Assembly: GCA_031372565.1 (NCBI GenBank) | Contig: JANMLN010000020.1 | Coordinates: 1-64,000, forward strand | Reading direction: 5' to 3' | Source: Gemmatimonadota bacterium | GTDB lineage: Bacteria; Gemmatimonadota; Gemmatimonadetes; Gemmatimonadales; Gemmatimonadaceae | Length of the DNA: 64,000 nucleotides | Part shown: piece after piece, positions 31,960 through 43,217 of the stretch | How the letters are laid out: each line of letters opens with the position of its first letter | Numbering within the stretch: the first letter of the stretch is position 1 | Position numbers and translations under genes: made by a program | The notes under the pieces: model-generated | The model's input: the letters and a program-made list of their open reading frames with translations, nothing else | The model's database searches: none | What the model was told of the DNA's origin: nothing

Positions 31960-32709
31960 ATGCACCGTTTCCTGTTCGCTGTCGGACTGATCGCTCCCAC
32001 GGCACTCGGAGCCCAGTCGGCCCCGCTTGCTCGCGTCGATACGCTGCTCGCGACGGGACAGCTGGCGCCGGCGGTCACCCTGGTGGATCAGGCGCTCGCG
32101 GCCATGCCGCGTGACTTCGAGGTGCTGTGGCGCACCTCGCGTGTGCGCCTCCTGCAGGGCGATGCGGCCCCCGAGAAGAGCAAGGCGCAGGACCAGCTCT
32201 ATCGCGATGCGCTGGCGCTGGCCGAACGCGCGATCAAGGCCAATGGCAGCGCGCCCGATGGCTACGTGCGCCGCGCCGCTGCCAATGGCAAGGTCGCACT
32301 CTTTGCGGGGATCCTCGAGGCTGCCGACTACGTGCAGCAGACCAAGGAGGACACCGAGAAGGTCATCGCCATGCGCAACGCGCCGCCGCTCATGCTCGCG
32401 ACCGCCTCCTACATCCTCGGCCGCACGCACCTCAAGCTCACCGAGACGCCGCGTCCGTTGCGCATGCCGTTGGGCCTGGGCTTCGGCAACACCGCCGATG
32501 CACTCACGTACCTCAAGCGCGCGACGGAGCTCCGGCCGGGCTTCGTCATGTTCCAGCTCGAGTATGCCCGCGTCCTGATCGCGACCGACCGTGGGCCCGA
32601 GGCGCGCACCGTGTTGCAGCAGCTGCCGACTCTCGCCAATCAGGAAATCGGCGATGACGCCCGCAAGCGTGAGGGGGCCGAACTGCTGCGCACCATGAAG
32701 ACAGGCTGA
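31960..32709 (+). CDS. Secreted TPR-like helical protein
   Basis: Signal peptide ALGA; helical repeats (ALALAERAIKAN, ALTYLKRATELRP). Confidence 0.7.
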   Translation: MHRFLFAVGLIAPTALGAQSAPLARVDTLLATGQLAPAVTLVDQALAAMPRDFEVLWRTSRVRLLQGDAAPEKSKAQDQLYRDALALAERAIKANGSAPDGYVRRAAANGKVALFAGILEAADYVQQTKEDTEKVIAMRNAPPLMLATASYILGRTHLKLTETPRPLRMPLGLGFGNTADALTYLKRATELRPGFVMFQLEYARVLIATDRGPEARTVLQQLPTLANQEIGDDARKREGAELLRTMKTG

Positions 32710-32743
32710 CCGGTTCGGGTGACGGAGTGCTACACTCCATCGC

Positions 32744-33241
32744 ATGATCCTTCTGCTTGATGATTTCGCCGACGCCAGTCTCGTCGCGCGACTATGGAGC
32801 GTGTTCAGCGACCGCGTGATGGGCGGGAGGTCCGACGCGCGCGCCGAGCGTACGGTCGTGGCCGGACGCATGGCGCTGCGCTTGTCCGGGCGGGTGTCGT
32901 TGGAGCGGAACGGCGGCTTCATCCAGATCGCACGCAGCTTCGACGGCGGCCGGATCGATGCCGCTCCGTTCCGCGGTCTCCAACTCGCGGTGTGTGGCAA
33001 GGCGGGATCGTACGCGGTGCATCTCCGCACGGCGGACACGCAGGCGCCGTGGCAGTACTACGCAGCCGAGCTTGCCGTCACCTCGAGCTGGCAGGACGTC
33101 CTTGTTCCGTGGCACGCGTTCAAGGCCGCATCGCTCCGTGCACCGCTTGATCCGTCAACCGTGCAGCGGATCGGGATCGTGGCGGGCAAGGTGGCGTTCG
33201 ATGCAGACATCGCGATCAGTCGGCTGGAACTGGTGCCGTAA
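32744..33241 (+). CDS. CIA30 family protein
   Basis: SDRVMGGRS, GRVSLERNGGF, WQ.V.VPW..F. Confidence 0.88.
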   Translation: MILLLDDFADASLVARLWSVFSDRVMGGRSDARAERTVVAGRMALRLSGRVSLERNGGFIQIARSFDGGRIDAAPFRGLQLAVCGKAGSYAVHLRTADTQAPWQYYAAELAVTSSWQDVLVPWHAFKAASLRAPLDPSTVQRIGIVAGKVAFDADIAISRLELVP

Positions 33242-33274
33242 CGGCGCGACGCGCGGCCCGCGTTGCCAGCGTCG

Positions 33275-35431
33275 TCAGCGCGCTGGGCAGAGGTACCGGT
33301 CGAAGTGTGCCACCAGCTTGCCCAACAGATAGCGCGCGTGTTGCGGGCGCGCCGTCCAGCCGTGCGTGGCACCCGGCGCGACCACGAGATCAAAGTCCTT
33401 GCCGAGGCGCATCAACTCTTCGGCCATGTCTGCCGTCGTCTTGAAGGGGACGACGTCATCCATGAGTCCGTGAATCAGCATCAGGTGATCGCGCAGGCCG
33501 CCCGCATACTGCAAGGCGCCGCGAGTGAATGCCTCGGGATGCGTGGCGGGTCGGCGGGTGATCGCGACGTCGTCGCTTCCGAAGAAGCGTGGATCGGTGG
33601 CCGACGCACCGGCCACACCGGCGCGAAAGAGCCCCGGTCGCTTGAAGAGCGCGTAGACGGTGATCAAACCGCCGTATGACGAGCCGAAGATCCCCGTGCA
33701 CGATGTGTTGGCCCACGGCTGCGTACCAAGCCACCGCTTCGACGCCTCCAGGTCGTCGAGATCGCGTCCTCCCCACTCGAACAGGAACGCCTCCCGAAAC
33801 GCGCGCCCGTATCCCGTCGAGCCACGCACGTCGACCTGGATCACCGCGAGCCCGCGCTGCACGAGGAGCTGCTGCACGAGCCCATATGTGCCGCCCCACC
33901 TATTGCGCACGGTGTTCGAATACACCGGACCGAACACCACCGGCACGCGCTTGCCCCGTTGTGCAGCGGCCGGTAGCCAGACTTTCGCGTGCAATGTCTC
34001 GCCGACGCCGGCCCCCGGGTACGCGACGTAGCGCGGCGCCACGATCCCTGCCGCAGCGAGACCAGCGCCACCGCCGGTCGTCACGCGCCGTTCGACGCCG
34101 TCGCGCATCGAGACAAGCATCAGATGCGCGGGGGTGACGTCGTCGCTGACGATGCTCGCCGCCGTGGCGCCATCCGGGGCCATCGTGATGCGGTGCGTGC
34201 CCGCGCGCGTCGTCACGCGGACCGGTGACTGTCCGGCGGCTGCGCGCCAGAGCTGCTGCCGCGACGGATCAGGAGCGTTCGCGAGCCACGCCCACGCGCC
34301 GTTCGGCAGCGGCATCACCGAGCCTTGCACATCGCTCGTGGCCGGGGTGATCGCGACGGCGGTGGTGTCGCCAGGGGTGATCGCGAAGACGCGATAGCGA
34401 TCGTCGCGGTCGGTGGTGAGCAGGAGCTGCCGGCCGTCGGTCGACCACGCACTGCCTGTCTCGGTGTAGATGCGCGAGTCCCGGCGATCCGCGTAGACGA
34501 GTACGGGTTCCCCACCAACGCGCACGGTGTGCACCCAGCGCTCGGTCGCGTCGTCGGACGCGCGATCCACCAGCAGCACGCCGTCCGCCGACCAGGCGAA
34601 GTTGAGAATTTCCACCGCAGTGGGACGGTCCAGCGGCAGCGGCGTCAGCGTACCAGTCGCCACATCGAGCCACGCCACCTGACGCGACTCGTTCTCGTCG
34701 CCCGGATACGATCGACGCAACTCGTTGGCCTGCGTCTCCCGTCCCAGATACGACGGGAAGGGAACGCGGCGCACCTGCCGGCGATCGACCAGCTGCACGG
34801 CGAGGGTGCGGCTATCCGGCGCCCACGCGAGCGTTGGCGCCGCGCCGCCCCACGTTGCGGTGCCGATCTCGCGATCGAGGCGGGCGTACCGGCCGAGCCC
34901 CGCCGTGGAAATCGACGGGACGCTTACCGAGGTGAGGCGGCGCGGCGTCGAGGCGGCGGCAACCGCGACGGTCCACACGTCGCCGTCCCGCACGTACGCC
35001 ACCTGCCGGCCATCTGGCGCGAGGGCGAGATCGTGCGCCTCGCGTCCCACCGTGGCCAGCGCCGTGACCGTCGCGTTGGCCGCGTCGATGAGCACGAGCT
35101 GCTCACCGCGCAGCACATACAGCGCCTTGGCATCCGCACGCCAGACCAGCTCCCGCGCAGACTCCGGTCGCGTCGCGGCGCTGCCGTCCCTGAGCACTCG
35201 GCGCGCGCCGCCATCACGGCCGACGAGCCACACCTCGCGCGTGCCACGACCCCCGCTGTCCCACGCGAACGCGAGGGTGCGGCTGTCCGGCGACCAGGCC
35301 AGAGCGCCAGGCGTCGAGCCGGTGATGGCCGCCGCGTTGACGACCTGATCAAGCGTCAGGCGCTGCGCACCGGTGGGCGCTGCGGCGACGCACAGGCAGA
35401 GGCCGACAGCTGCGAGGACGCGACGACGCAT
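33275..35431 (-). CDS. S9 family dipeptidyl-peptidase IV-like serine peptidase
   Basis: N-terminal propeller; RGSTGYG, GSSYGG, HGLMDDVV, H catalytic triad. Confidence 0.9.
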   Translation of the reverse strand: MRRRVLAAVGLCLCVAAAPTGAQRLTLDQVVNAAAITGSTPGALAWSPDSRTLAFAWDSGGRGTREVWLVGRDGGARRVLRDGSAATRPESARELVWRADAKALYVLRGEQLVLIDAANATVTALATVGREAHDLALAPDGRQVAYVRDGDVWTVAVAAASTPRRLTSVSVPSISTAGLGRYARLDREIGTATWGGAAPTLAWAPDSRTLAVQLVDRRQVRRVPFPSYLGRETQANELRRSYPGDENESRQVAWLDVATGTLTPLPLDRPTAVEILNFAWSADGVLLVDRASDDATERWVHTVRVGGEPVLVYADRRDSRIYTETGSAWSTDGRQLLLTTDRDDRYRVFAITPGDTTAVAITPATSDVQGSVMPLPNGAWAWLANAPDPSRQQLWRAAAGQSPVRVTTRAGTHRITMAPDGATAASIVSDDVTPAHLMLVSMRDGVERRVTTGGGAGLAAAGIVAPRYVAYPGAGVGETLHAKVWLPAAAQRGKRVPVVFGPVYSNTVRNRWGGTYGLVQQLLVQRGLAVIQVDVRGSTGYGRAFREAFLFEWGGRDLDDLEASKRWLGTQPWANTSCTGIFGSSYGGLITVYALFKRPGLFRAGVAGASATDPRFFGSDDVAITRRPATHPEAFTRGALQYAGGLRDHLMLIHGLMDDVVPFKTTADMAEELMRLGKDFDLVVAPGATHGWTARPQHARYLLGKLVAHFDRYLCPAR

Positions 35432-35715
35432 GAGCGAGTGGGCGCGGGGAAGGGGGCGGTTCGCGGGGCGCACGCATCGGCACGGCGAGATGCACGCCAC
35501 CGCCGAGCGTCAGCGTCGAGTATAACGTCCGCGTCGCGCTTGTCATCCTCGCCGATGACGACGGAACGGGCGAGATCGGCGCCTCCACGATGGCGGCCGA
35601 CTGGGTCGGGGCTGCCCCGGACATGCGGCGCGACCGCCCGCGCGATGGGACTGCGGTGCTGCCATCCCCGCGACATCGGGCTAACTTGCCGAGTGCCTCC
35701 ACTGCCCGAGTCAAC

Positions 35716-38574
35716 GTGAACGACGATCTCGCCAGCCTCGCCACGGTCTTGACGGATCGCTATCGGGTCGTCCGCGAGCTGGGCGCCGGCGGCATGGCGA
35801 CCGTGTACCTCGCCGACGACGCCAGGCATCACCGGCAGGTCGCCGTGAAGGTGCTGCGGCCGGAGTTGGCCGAGTCGGTGGGGGTCGAGCGGTTTGCGCG
35901 CGAGATCGAGATCGCGGCGGGGCTCCATCACCCGCACATCCTCCCGCTCTACGACTCGGGCGGTGCGGGCAGCGTGCTCTTCTACGTGATGCCCTTCGTC
36001 GAGGGGCCGTCGCTGCGCGACCGCCTGACCAAGGGGGGCGCGCTGCCGATCGACGAGGCGGTGCGCATCATCCGCGAAGTCGCGGACGCGCTCGAGTACG
36101 CGCGCACGCGGGGCGTCGTGCATCGCGACATCAAGCCGGAGAACATCCTCCTCTCCGGCACCCATGCACTGGTCATGGACTTCGGCGTCGCCAAGGCGCT
36201 CAGCGATGCCGCGAGTGCGACGTCGCTCACGGGCACCGGCATTGCCATCGGCACGCCGGCCTACATGGCCCCCGAGCAGGCCATGGCCGATCCCGCGATT
36301 GATCATCGCGTGGACGTGTACGCACTCGGTGCGATGGCCTACGAACTGCTCGCCGGTCGCGGCGTCTTCCTGGGAGCGAACGCGCAGCAGATCCTCGCGG
36401 GCCACATGACCCGTGCGCCCGAACCACTGCATCTGCACCGCAGCACGGTATCGCCGGCGCTCGAGGCCGTGGTCATGCGCTGCCTCGAGAAGATTCCCGC
36501 CGATCGGTTCCAGACGGCGGGGGAGGTGATGGCCGCACTCGACGCCGCGGTGGCGACTCCGAGTGGTGCGGTTGCCGCGGCGGTGGTATCCGGTGCAACC
36601 AGCTCGCCTCACGCCGCCGCCGCCACACCCGGCGCGGGTACGGACACGCGTCGTCCCGCACGGCGGCTCCGCTGGGCGATCGCCGCTGCCGTCGCGCTGG
36701 TCCTCAGCGTTGCCAGCCTGACGTGGTACTCGAAGGTCGGCCGCGCGGGCACGCTCATCGGCAACGACGTGCTCGCGCAGAACGACATGGTCCTCGTCGC
36801 CGATTTCCAGAACCGCACCACCGATTCGACGCTTGCCACCACCATCACCGATGCGATCCGCGTGGACCTGCAGCAGTCGCGCGCGGTGAATGTGCTGTCA
36901 TCCACCGCCATGGCAGCCGCGTTTCGCCGCATGAACCTGCCGGTGGGCGAGGCGATCTCCGAGGCGAAGGTGCGCGAGTTGGCCGAGCGCGAGGGGATCA
37001 AGGCGTTTGTGCTGGGCGACATCGCCAGGATTGGCGGCGGCTATCAACTCACGGCCCGGGTCGTCGCCACGGCCACGGGGAGTGATGCGCTCACGGCGCG
37101 CGCGACCGCAGCCGACGACTCCAAGCTGCTCGGCGCGCTCGAGGAGCTGGGTGCGTCGCTCCGGCGCGGCATCGGCGAGTCGCTCCGCTCCGTGGCCGCG
37201 ACCGCGCCGCTCGCGCGCGTGACCACCGCCTCGCTGCCCGCGTTGCGCGCCTACTCGTCCGCCATGCGGGCTGAAGCGAATGGCGACCGCCCGCGCGCGA
37301 TCGCGATGGCCAAGGAGGCGCTGGCGCTCGACACGTCCTTCGCCTCTGCGTGGAACCTGCTCTTCACGTCGTACGTCAACTCGGGGCAGGTCCCCCTCGC
37401 GGAGGACGCGGCCACGCGGGCGTACACCATGCGCGTGCGGTTGCCGGAGTTCGAGCGCTTGCGAGCCGAAGCGCACTATCACGGCATGCGCGCCGAGTAC
37501 ACGGAAGAAGAGGCGGCGTGGGCGCGCCTCACCGAGGCTGGTCGAAGCGAGGCCAGCTATGCCGATCTGCTCCTGCGGCTCAACCGGCTTCCTGAGGCCG
37601 AGGCGATGGCTCGTCGCAGCATCGCCAAGCCACCGTACAGTGGGGTTGCCTTCTGGAATCTGGCTGAGGCGCAAGCGGGGCAGGAGCGCTTCGCCGCCTT
37701 CGACTCCACCGTCGCGCTCATCCAGGCCAAGCTGCCGGAGAACCCGTACGCGCACTTCATCCCCCTGCACGGGTTGCTCGTGCGGCACATGTACGATAGC
37801 GCACAGGCCGTGCTGAGAGCGCCAGCCGTGCAGGGGCTGCCGCTGGCCAAGGAGTTCCAGTGCAGCGTGGATATGGCGCGTGGGCGCCTGCGTGCCGCAC
37901 AGGCGTGCGGGCAGCGGATGCTCGCATCCAGCATCAGCGAATTCCGGCTCACCGGCGACAGTGCGCGGATCATGCGCGACTACAGGGCCTTCATGGCCGT
38001 GCCCGCGGCCGAGCGACCGGTGGACCAGTATCCGTTCAGCATTGTGGCGCTCTGCGATGTGGGGCGCCTGCGCGATGCGCGCACGCTGCTCGACGAGTGG
38101 CGCACGCGGACCAAGGGCACCGGTCCGACGTTCCGAGCCGACTCGGCCTGGGCCGTCGGGTGCATCGCGGCGGGAGAACAGCGCTGGAACGATGCGGCGC
38201 AGGCGTTCCTCGCGTGGGGCAAGGCGCCGCTCTTCTCTGCCTTCCACTTCTACAATCGTGGGCTGCCCGAGGCGGCACTCGCGATGGAACGACTCGGCAA
38301 GCCCGACTCTGCCATCGCGTTGCTCGAGCGGGCGCAGCATTTGCCATCGCTCGCCCTTGGCGCCGCCTATGACCGCACCTGGTACGCCGCCGCGCTGATG
38401 CGGCTCGGCAGCCTGTACGAAGGGCGCGGTGATCGCGTGAAGGCCGCCGACTACTATGCGAAGTACGCGGAGCTCATGAAGGACGCCGACCCGGAGCTGC
38501 AAGCGAGCGTGAAGGAGGCGCGGGCCAAGGTCGAGGCGATGCGCGGGGAGCCGCGCTCGGGCGCGAAGAAGTAG
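35716..38574 (+). CDS. Ser/Thr protein kinase with TM segment and TPR-like C-terminus
   Basis: GAGGMATVY, HRDIKPEN, DFGVA, YMAPEQ; start uncertain. Confidence 0.92.
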   Translation: MNDDLASLATVLTDRYRVVRELGAGGMATVYLADDARHHRQVAVKVLRPELAESVGVERFAREIEIAAGLHHPHILPLYDSGGAGSVLFYVMPFVEGPSLRDRLTKGGALPIDEAVRIIREVADALEYARTRGVVHRDIKPENILLSGTHALVMDFGVAKALSDAASATSLTGTGIAIGTPAYMAPEQAMADPAIDHRVDVYALGAMAYELLAGRGVFLGANAQQILAGHMTRAPEPLHLHRSTVSPALEAVVMRCLEKIPADRFQTAGEVMAALDAAVATPSGAVAAAVVSGATSSPHAAAATPGAGTDTRRPARRLRWAIAAAVALVLSVASLTWYSKVGRAGTLIGNDVLAQNDMVLVADFQNRTTDSTLATTITDAIRVDLQQSRAVNVLSSTAMAAAFRRMNLPVGEAISEAKVRELAEREGIKAFVLGDIARIGGGYQLTARVVATATGSDALTARATAADDSKLLGALEELGASLRRGIGESLRSVAATAPLARVTTASLPALRAYSSAMRAEANGDRPRAIAMAKEALALDTSFASAWNLLFTSYVNSGQVPLAEDAATRAYTMRVRLPEFERLRAEAHYHGMRAEYTEEEAAWARLTEAGRSEASYADLLLRLNRLPEAEAMARRSIAKPPYSGVAFWNLAEAQAGQERFAAFDSTVALIQAKLPENPYAHFIPLHGLLVRHMYDSAQAVLRAPAVQGLPLAKEFQCSVDMARGRLRAAQACGQRMLASSISEFRLTGDSARIMRDYRAFMAVPAAERPVDQYPFSIVALCDVGRLRDARTLLDEWRTRTKGTGPTFRADSAWAVGCIAAGEQRWNDAAQAFLAWGKAPLFSAFHFYNRGLPEAALAMERLGKPDSAIALLERAQHLPSLALGAAYDRTWYAAALMRLGSLYEGRGDRVKAADYYAKYAELMKDADPELQASVKEARAKVEAMRGEPRSGAKK

Positions 38575-38664
38575 CAGGCGCCCTACAGGCCGAGACCGCG
38601 GCTGCGGCGTTGCGGTGTGCGTGCGATCAATGATGCGGGTGACGGGGGCGATCGCTGGTGATGG

Positions 38665-39231
38665 TCAACCGTCACGGTTGATCGGGTGCCCATGCGGCGC
38701 GTCGCGTCTCCATGCCAGCGCTCGCTGCTCTACGTCACGGATGAACGCCGTCTTCCCGTGCGAATAGCACGCCATGTCGTCGTGGCATTGTTCGATCAAG
38801 GACTCCTTCAGCGCGCTGTAGGCGCGTGCGACGTCCGGGTGATGGCACAGGTAGTCCCGAAAGTCGAGGTGGCGCGCGATCTCGCCAGCTGATGCCGGGG
38901 CATACGCATGCACCTGATGCGTGCGCACGCCGGCGGAGTCGTCCATGCGAAAGTACCGACGCCCGCTCAGGCCGAACTCGCCCATGACCTCGTAGCCAAG
39001 CGCCTCGAAGTGGCGGGTTTGCAGGTCAAGCGCGTGCACGTCCGCGACGACGGCGAGGATGTCAATGACGGGCTTGGCGCGAATCCCGGGAATGGCCGTG
39101 CTGCCGATATGGTGCAGCGCAACCAGGTGAGCGCCGAAGGCGGGCCGGATGCGCGCCGCCTCGTGCGCAAACGCGTGCTGCCACGCGGGATCATGAGCGG
39201 CGAGGACGATCCGTTTGCTGGGCAATGGCAT
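38665..39231 (-). CDS. GrpB family protein
   Basis: HIGSTAIPG..AKPVIDI, RHLDFRDYL, Y..LK, Y..GKT.FI. Confidence 0.9.
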   Translation of the reverse strand: MPLPSKRIVLAAHDPAWQHAFAHEAARIRPAFGAHLVALHHIGSTAIPGIRAKPVIDILAVVADVHALDLQTRHFEALGYEVMGEFGLSGRRYFRMDDSAGVRTHQVHAYAPASAGEIARHLDFRDYLCHHPDVARAYSALKESLIEQCHDDMACYSHGKTAFIRDVEQRALAWRRDAPHGHPINRDG

Positions 39232-39264
39232 CGCGTGCTCCCGGTTGAACTTTGAGGCGCAGGC

Positions 39265-40473
39265 TCAATCCCCGGGGTACAGCACCCAGAGGTCCGGGCG
39301 CCCCACCGCGCAGTGCACCATGCGCCCCAGCAGGCCGAGCCCCGCCATCGACGCGTACAACGTGAGTCGCGTCTGTTGATGCCCGCCGCCGAACACGACC
39401 GCACGCTGCCGCCGAAGCGCTCGCTCGCGGTTCCCGCGTGATGGCACCGGATGAAAGATGAACTCCACCAATCGCGAGCGCTCGGGTTCGTCATCCTGCC
39501 AGCTGTCGAGCGTGCGCACCGCGGCGATCACGGGCTCGACGCCCAGCTGCTGCGCGGCGAACGCATCGGCCGCGTACACTGCCGGACGTGTGGCCGCGGG
39601 CAGCAGCAGCACCGCCACGAAGCTCCACAGCGTACTGGCCGCCGGCAGCGCGAGCCAGAGCCGCGCGTCGTCCCATCCCCACGGCAGGAGCGGCGCGAGC
39701 AACGCAACGCCCAACGCGGGCCACAGGGCAGCGCGCAGCACTCCGCGTTGCCGTGCGAGGGTGTCGCGCTGTGCAACCCGGCGCACCAGTTGCACGGCGA
39801 GCAGCGCGTGGTGCTGCTCCTCCGTCCACGCCGCCGGCACCCAGACCGTTGGCCCCACAAGCCCGACCCATCCGCCGACGAACGCCTCGCTCGCGCCATG
39901 GACAACGCGCACGCGCTCAGGAGCGATGCCCGCCGATCGCGCCAGCGCGTGGAGCGATTCGTCCAGCGGACGCACGGTAAGCCGAGCGCCGACGCGTGCG
40001 AGTATCCCCTGCAGCGCGAGCAACGCGACCCCCATACCGAATGCAACCACGACCGCGCCAACCCAACCCAGCGACAGGGACGCGAACGACAGCGACGCAG
40101 CCACGCCTGCAACCACGGCGCCCTGCATCGCAACGCCGCGCAGCCACGCCGCAGCCCAGGCACCAACACCGAGCCGACCGCGCGACACCGCGAGTCCGCC
40201 GAGCGCCTCGACGGGGAGCAGGAGCAGCGCGTGCATGCCGAACACCGCAACGACGAGTGCGGCGCTGCGCACGACGGTTACGAGCGGTGACGCTGGAGCG
40301 AGGAGGGCTGCTGGAAGCGGCGCGAGATTGAATACGAGCAGCAGCAGCCACGCGGCGGACAGGACGACGGTCGCACCGACTCCGGTGATGCCGAGTCGGA
40401 GGCGGCGGCGGGCGAAGGTCGCGTGATCGCGAACGCCGGCCGCAGCGGGATGGGAAATCGCGTGAGATGTCAT
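39265..40473 (-). CDS. Membrane protein, M48/Ste24-like topology lacking HExxH
   Basis: Multiple TM helices; ADAFA and IFHPVPS...R resemble the M48 C-terminus; no zinc motif. Confidence 0.55.
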   Translation of the reverse strand: MTSHAISHPAAAGVRDHATFARRRLRLGITGVGATVVLSAAWLLLLVFNLAPLPAALLAPASPLVTVVRSAALVVAVFGMHALLLLPVEALGGLAVSRGRLGVGAWAAAWLRGVAMQGAVVAGVAASLSFASLSLGWVGAVVVAFGMGVALLALQGILARVGARLTVRPLDESLHALARSAGIAPERVRVVHGASEAFVGGWVGLVGPTVWVPAAWTEEQHHALLAVQLVRRVAQRDTLARQRGVLRAALWPALGVALLAPLLPWGWDDARLWLALPAASTLWSFVAVLLLPAATRPAVYAADAFAAQQLGVEPVIAAVRTLDSWQDDEPERSRLVEFIFHPVPSRGNRERALRRQRAVVFGGGHQQTRLTLYASMAGLGLLGRMVHCAVGRPDLWVLYPGD

Positions 40474-40531
40474 GGCGCCACGTGAGTGCGCGGGGCCACG
40501 CTTTGGTTCCCGGTGCGCGGTGCCGTTCAGA

Positions 40532-41542
40532 TCACCGGCCCATCTCCGCGAGCGCGAAACGCGCCGCACCAATCAGCGGCGCCTCGTCCGTCATGATGAC
40601 GTACACCGGCATGGCCGCGAGCAGGGGGCTGAGCCGGCCCTTGGCAACGAACCGCGACAGGAAGGCGTCGCGGGCGCGCACCTGCCACGCCGTCGAGGTG
40701 CCCGGCGGACCGTACAGGAGGCTGCGTGCGATGCCGCCCCCGAGCCACATGCCCCCGGTTGACATCGTCCGCAGCGCCCAGTTGCCGGCCTCGGCACCGT
40801 ACACGCCCAGAAAGAGCAGCACCGCATGCTCCGCGAGCTCGCTGCGGCCACTCAGCGCCGCTGCGGCAATCGTCGCCGGCGCGTTCCCCTCGGCCAAGGC
40901 GGTCGCGAGCCATGCCGCTTCCTCGCCCGGGTTCTGACTCAGGAGGAACTCGTACACGTTCACGAGGCCCGGGCCCGCGAGGATCCGTTCGGAGCTCACG
41001 CGCCCGAAGCGCCGGGTCAGGAAGCGCAGCAGCTCGATCTCGACGTCGTCAATCGGGGCGAAGTCGGCGTGCCCGCCTTCGCTGGCGAGCGAGCGCACGG
41101 CACCGTCGCCGCGCAGCAGCGCCGACATGCCAAGGCCGCTGCCAGCCGAGATCACCGCGAGGTTGCCGGCCGTGCCCTCACCGTCCTGGAGCGTCGTTTG
41201 CGCGTGCGCGCCGAGCTCCGGTAGCGACCACGCCTGCACCTCGACGTCATTGAGGAGCGACACCTGCGGCAGCCCCAGCAGGTGCGCGAGGTCGGCCGCC
41301 TCGACGGTCCACGGCAGGTTGGTGGTCACCACGCGGTTGCCCATGACCGGACCTGCGACGCCGAATCCCGCCGCCTCGAGCTGCGGAGCTCCCGATCCCA
41401 GGAACGCCAGGACGATCTCGGAGAGCGAGGCGTGCTCTCCGCTGGGATAACGCTCGAGGCGCAGCACACGCCACGCGCTGCCCGTCTTCTCGAGCAAGGC
41501 CACGTTCGTCTTGGTGCCGCCAACGTCACAGGCAAGAATCAT
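40532..41542 (-). CDS. glk: Glucokinase
   Basis: DVGGTKT, GVAGPV, TNLPW, LLND, SEGGH.DFAP, S.ER.L.GPGL, GGGI. Confidence 0.9.
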   Translation of the reverse strand: MILACDVGGTKTNVALLEKTGSAWRVLRLERYPSGEHASLSEIVLAFLGSGAPQLEAAGFGVAGPVMGNRVVTTNLPWTVEAADLAHLLGLPQVSLLNDVEVQAWSLPELGAHAQTTLQDGEGTAGNLAVISAGSGLGMSALLRGDGAVRSLASEGGHADFAPIDDVEIELLRFLTRRFGRVSSERILAGPGLVNVYEFLLSQNPGEEAAWLATALAEGNAPATIAAAALSGRSELAEHAVLLFLGVYGAEAGNWALRTMSTGGMWLGGGIARSLLYGPPGTSTAWQVRARDAFLSRFVAKGRLSPLLAAMPVYVIMTDEAPLIGAARFALAEMGR

Positions 41543-41584
41543 GTGATGACCGCGCCATGGGCGCGAGGCAAGAGGGAAGGGAAT

Positions 41585-43123
41585 TCAGGTCGCGGCGGCC
41601 GCGATCGGGGCGCGTCCGGCATCCGCTCCGGCGTGCGTCGAGAACACCAGATGCGGATCATCCACCCGATCCGTGCGCAACAGCTTCACGTCCGCGTGAT
41701 AGTGCATCGAGGTGAGCCAGGGCGCGTCGGTGCCCTGACGCGGCAGCGCGTCGAGGGAACGCTTGATGTAGCCCGCTCCGAAATCGAGCAGCGGACGCGT
41801 CGGCATCGCCGCATCGGTCAGCTCGGCGCGACAGATCGTGAAGCCGCGCGCGTCCATGTGTGCGAGCAATCGGCAGAAGTGCTCACACAAGAGACCGATC
41901 TTGAGCGTCCATGACGAGTTGGTGTAGCCGATGGCGATCGCGAAGTTGGGGACACCGCTCAGCATCATCCCCTTGAACGCGACGGTCTCCGCAGGGCGCA
42001 CGGGGGTGCCGTCCACCGTCAGCGTCATGCCGCCCAGCAGCAGGAGGTTGAGCCCGGTCGCGGTCACGATGATGTCCGCCTCGAGCTCGCGGCCCGACTT
42101 CAGCAGCACTCCCCGCTCCGTGAACGTCTCGACATGGTCCGTCACGACCGAGGCCTTGCCACTCGTGATGACCTTGAACAGATCCGAGTCGGGCACCGCG
42201 CACAGCCGCTGGTCCCACGGGCCGTACGGCGGGTTGAAGTGCTCGTCAATCGGGAAATCAGGCGGGAGCTGCTTCGCGTTGATCCAGCGGATGGCTCGCT
42301 TCGCCGCCTGCGGGAAGCGTTGGCAGAACGTCCATACGGCGCGCTGCATCGCGATGTTCTTGCGCCGGATGAGCGCGTGCGCGCGCTCCTTCGAGAAGAG
42401 CCTCTTCGCGAGCGTCGCGACGGGATCGACGGAGGGGGTGGGGAGGATGTAGCTCGGCGTGCGCTGCAGCATCGTCACGTGCGCCGCCGTTTCCGCCAGG
42501 GCGGGCACGAGTGTGACAGCCGTTGCGCCACTGCCGATCACGACGATGCGCTTGCCCGCATGGTCGAGGTGCTCGGGCCAGTGCTGCGGATGCACGATCG
42601 GGCCCGCGAACCGTTCGCGCCCTTCGAAGCGCGGCGTGAACCCCTCGTCGTAGCGGTAATAGCCGCCAGCACAGAAGAGCCAGCGGCAGGAGAGCGTGGA
42701 GCGCTCGCCGGTCTCGGTGTGCTCGATGTCCACGAGCCATCGCGCCTCTGCGGTGGACCACGACGCGCCGTGCACCTTCTGATGAAAACGGATCTTGCGG
42801 TCGATGCCATGCTCGGCGGCCGTCTCGCGGAGATAGGCGAGAATGTCGCTGGCACCGGCGATCGATTTCTCACTCGTCCACGGCTTGAACTCGTACCCGA
42901 ACGTATGAAGATCCGAATCGGAGCGGATGCCGGGGTAGCGGAAGAGGTCCCAGGTGCCGCCCGTCGCACCGCGCGCCTCGACGATGGCGTACGTCCGGGA
43001 CGGGTGCTCGCGCTGCAGGTAGTACGCGGCCCCGATGCCCGACAACCCCGCACCGACGATGAGCACGTCGAGGTGCTCGTCCGCCGGGGTGGTGCTGTCG
43101 TCGAAGGGCGCTCGGAGGTCCAT
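41585..43123 (-). CDS. EthA/AlmA-like flavin-containing monooxygenase
   Basis: [53 protein letters not shown]. Confidence 0.9.
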   Translation of the reverse strand: MDLRAPFDDSTTPADEHLDVLIVGAGLSGIGAAYYLQREHPSRTYAIVEARGATGGTWDLFRYPGIRSDSDLHTFGYEFKPWTSEKSIAGASDILAYLRETAAEHGIDRKIRFHQKVHGASWSTAEARWLVDIEHTETGERSTLSCRWLFCAGGYYRYDEGFTPRFEGRERFAGPIVHPQHWPEHLDHAGKRIVVIGSGATAVTLVPALAETAAHVTMLQRTPSYILPTPSVDPVATLAKRLFSKERAHALIRRKNIAMQRAVWTFCQRFPQAAKRAIRWINAKQLPPDFPIDEHFNPPYGPWDQRLCAVPDSDLFKVITSGKASVVTDHVETFTERGVLLKSGRELEADIIVTATGLNLLLLGGMTLTVDGTPVRPAETVAFKGMMLSGVPNFAIAIGYTNSSWTLKIGLLCEHFCRLLAHMDARGFTICRAELTDAAMPTRPLLDFGAGYIKRSLDALPRQGTDAPWLTSMHYHADVKLLRTDRVDDPHLVFSTHAGADAGRAPIAAAAT

Positions 43124-43217
43124 GGCGATCTGTCGGGGAGGTCGACCGCGCACTGCGGATTACCGTTCGCAAGTTACCGACTTCCACCGGGTGCGACAGC
43201 CGCGCGGAGTGTTTCGT

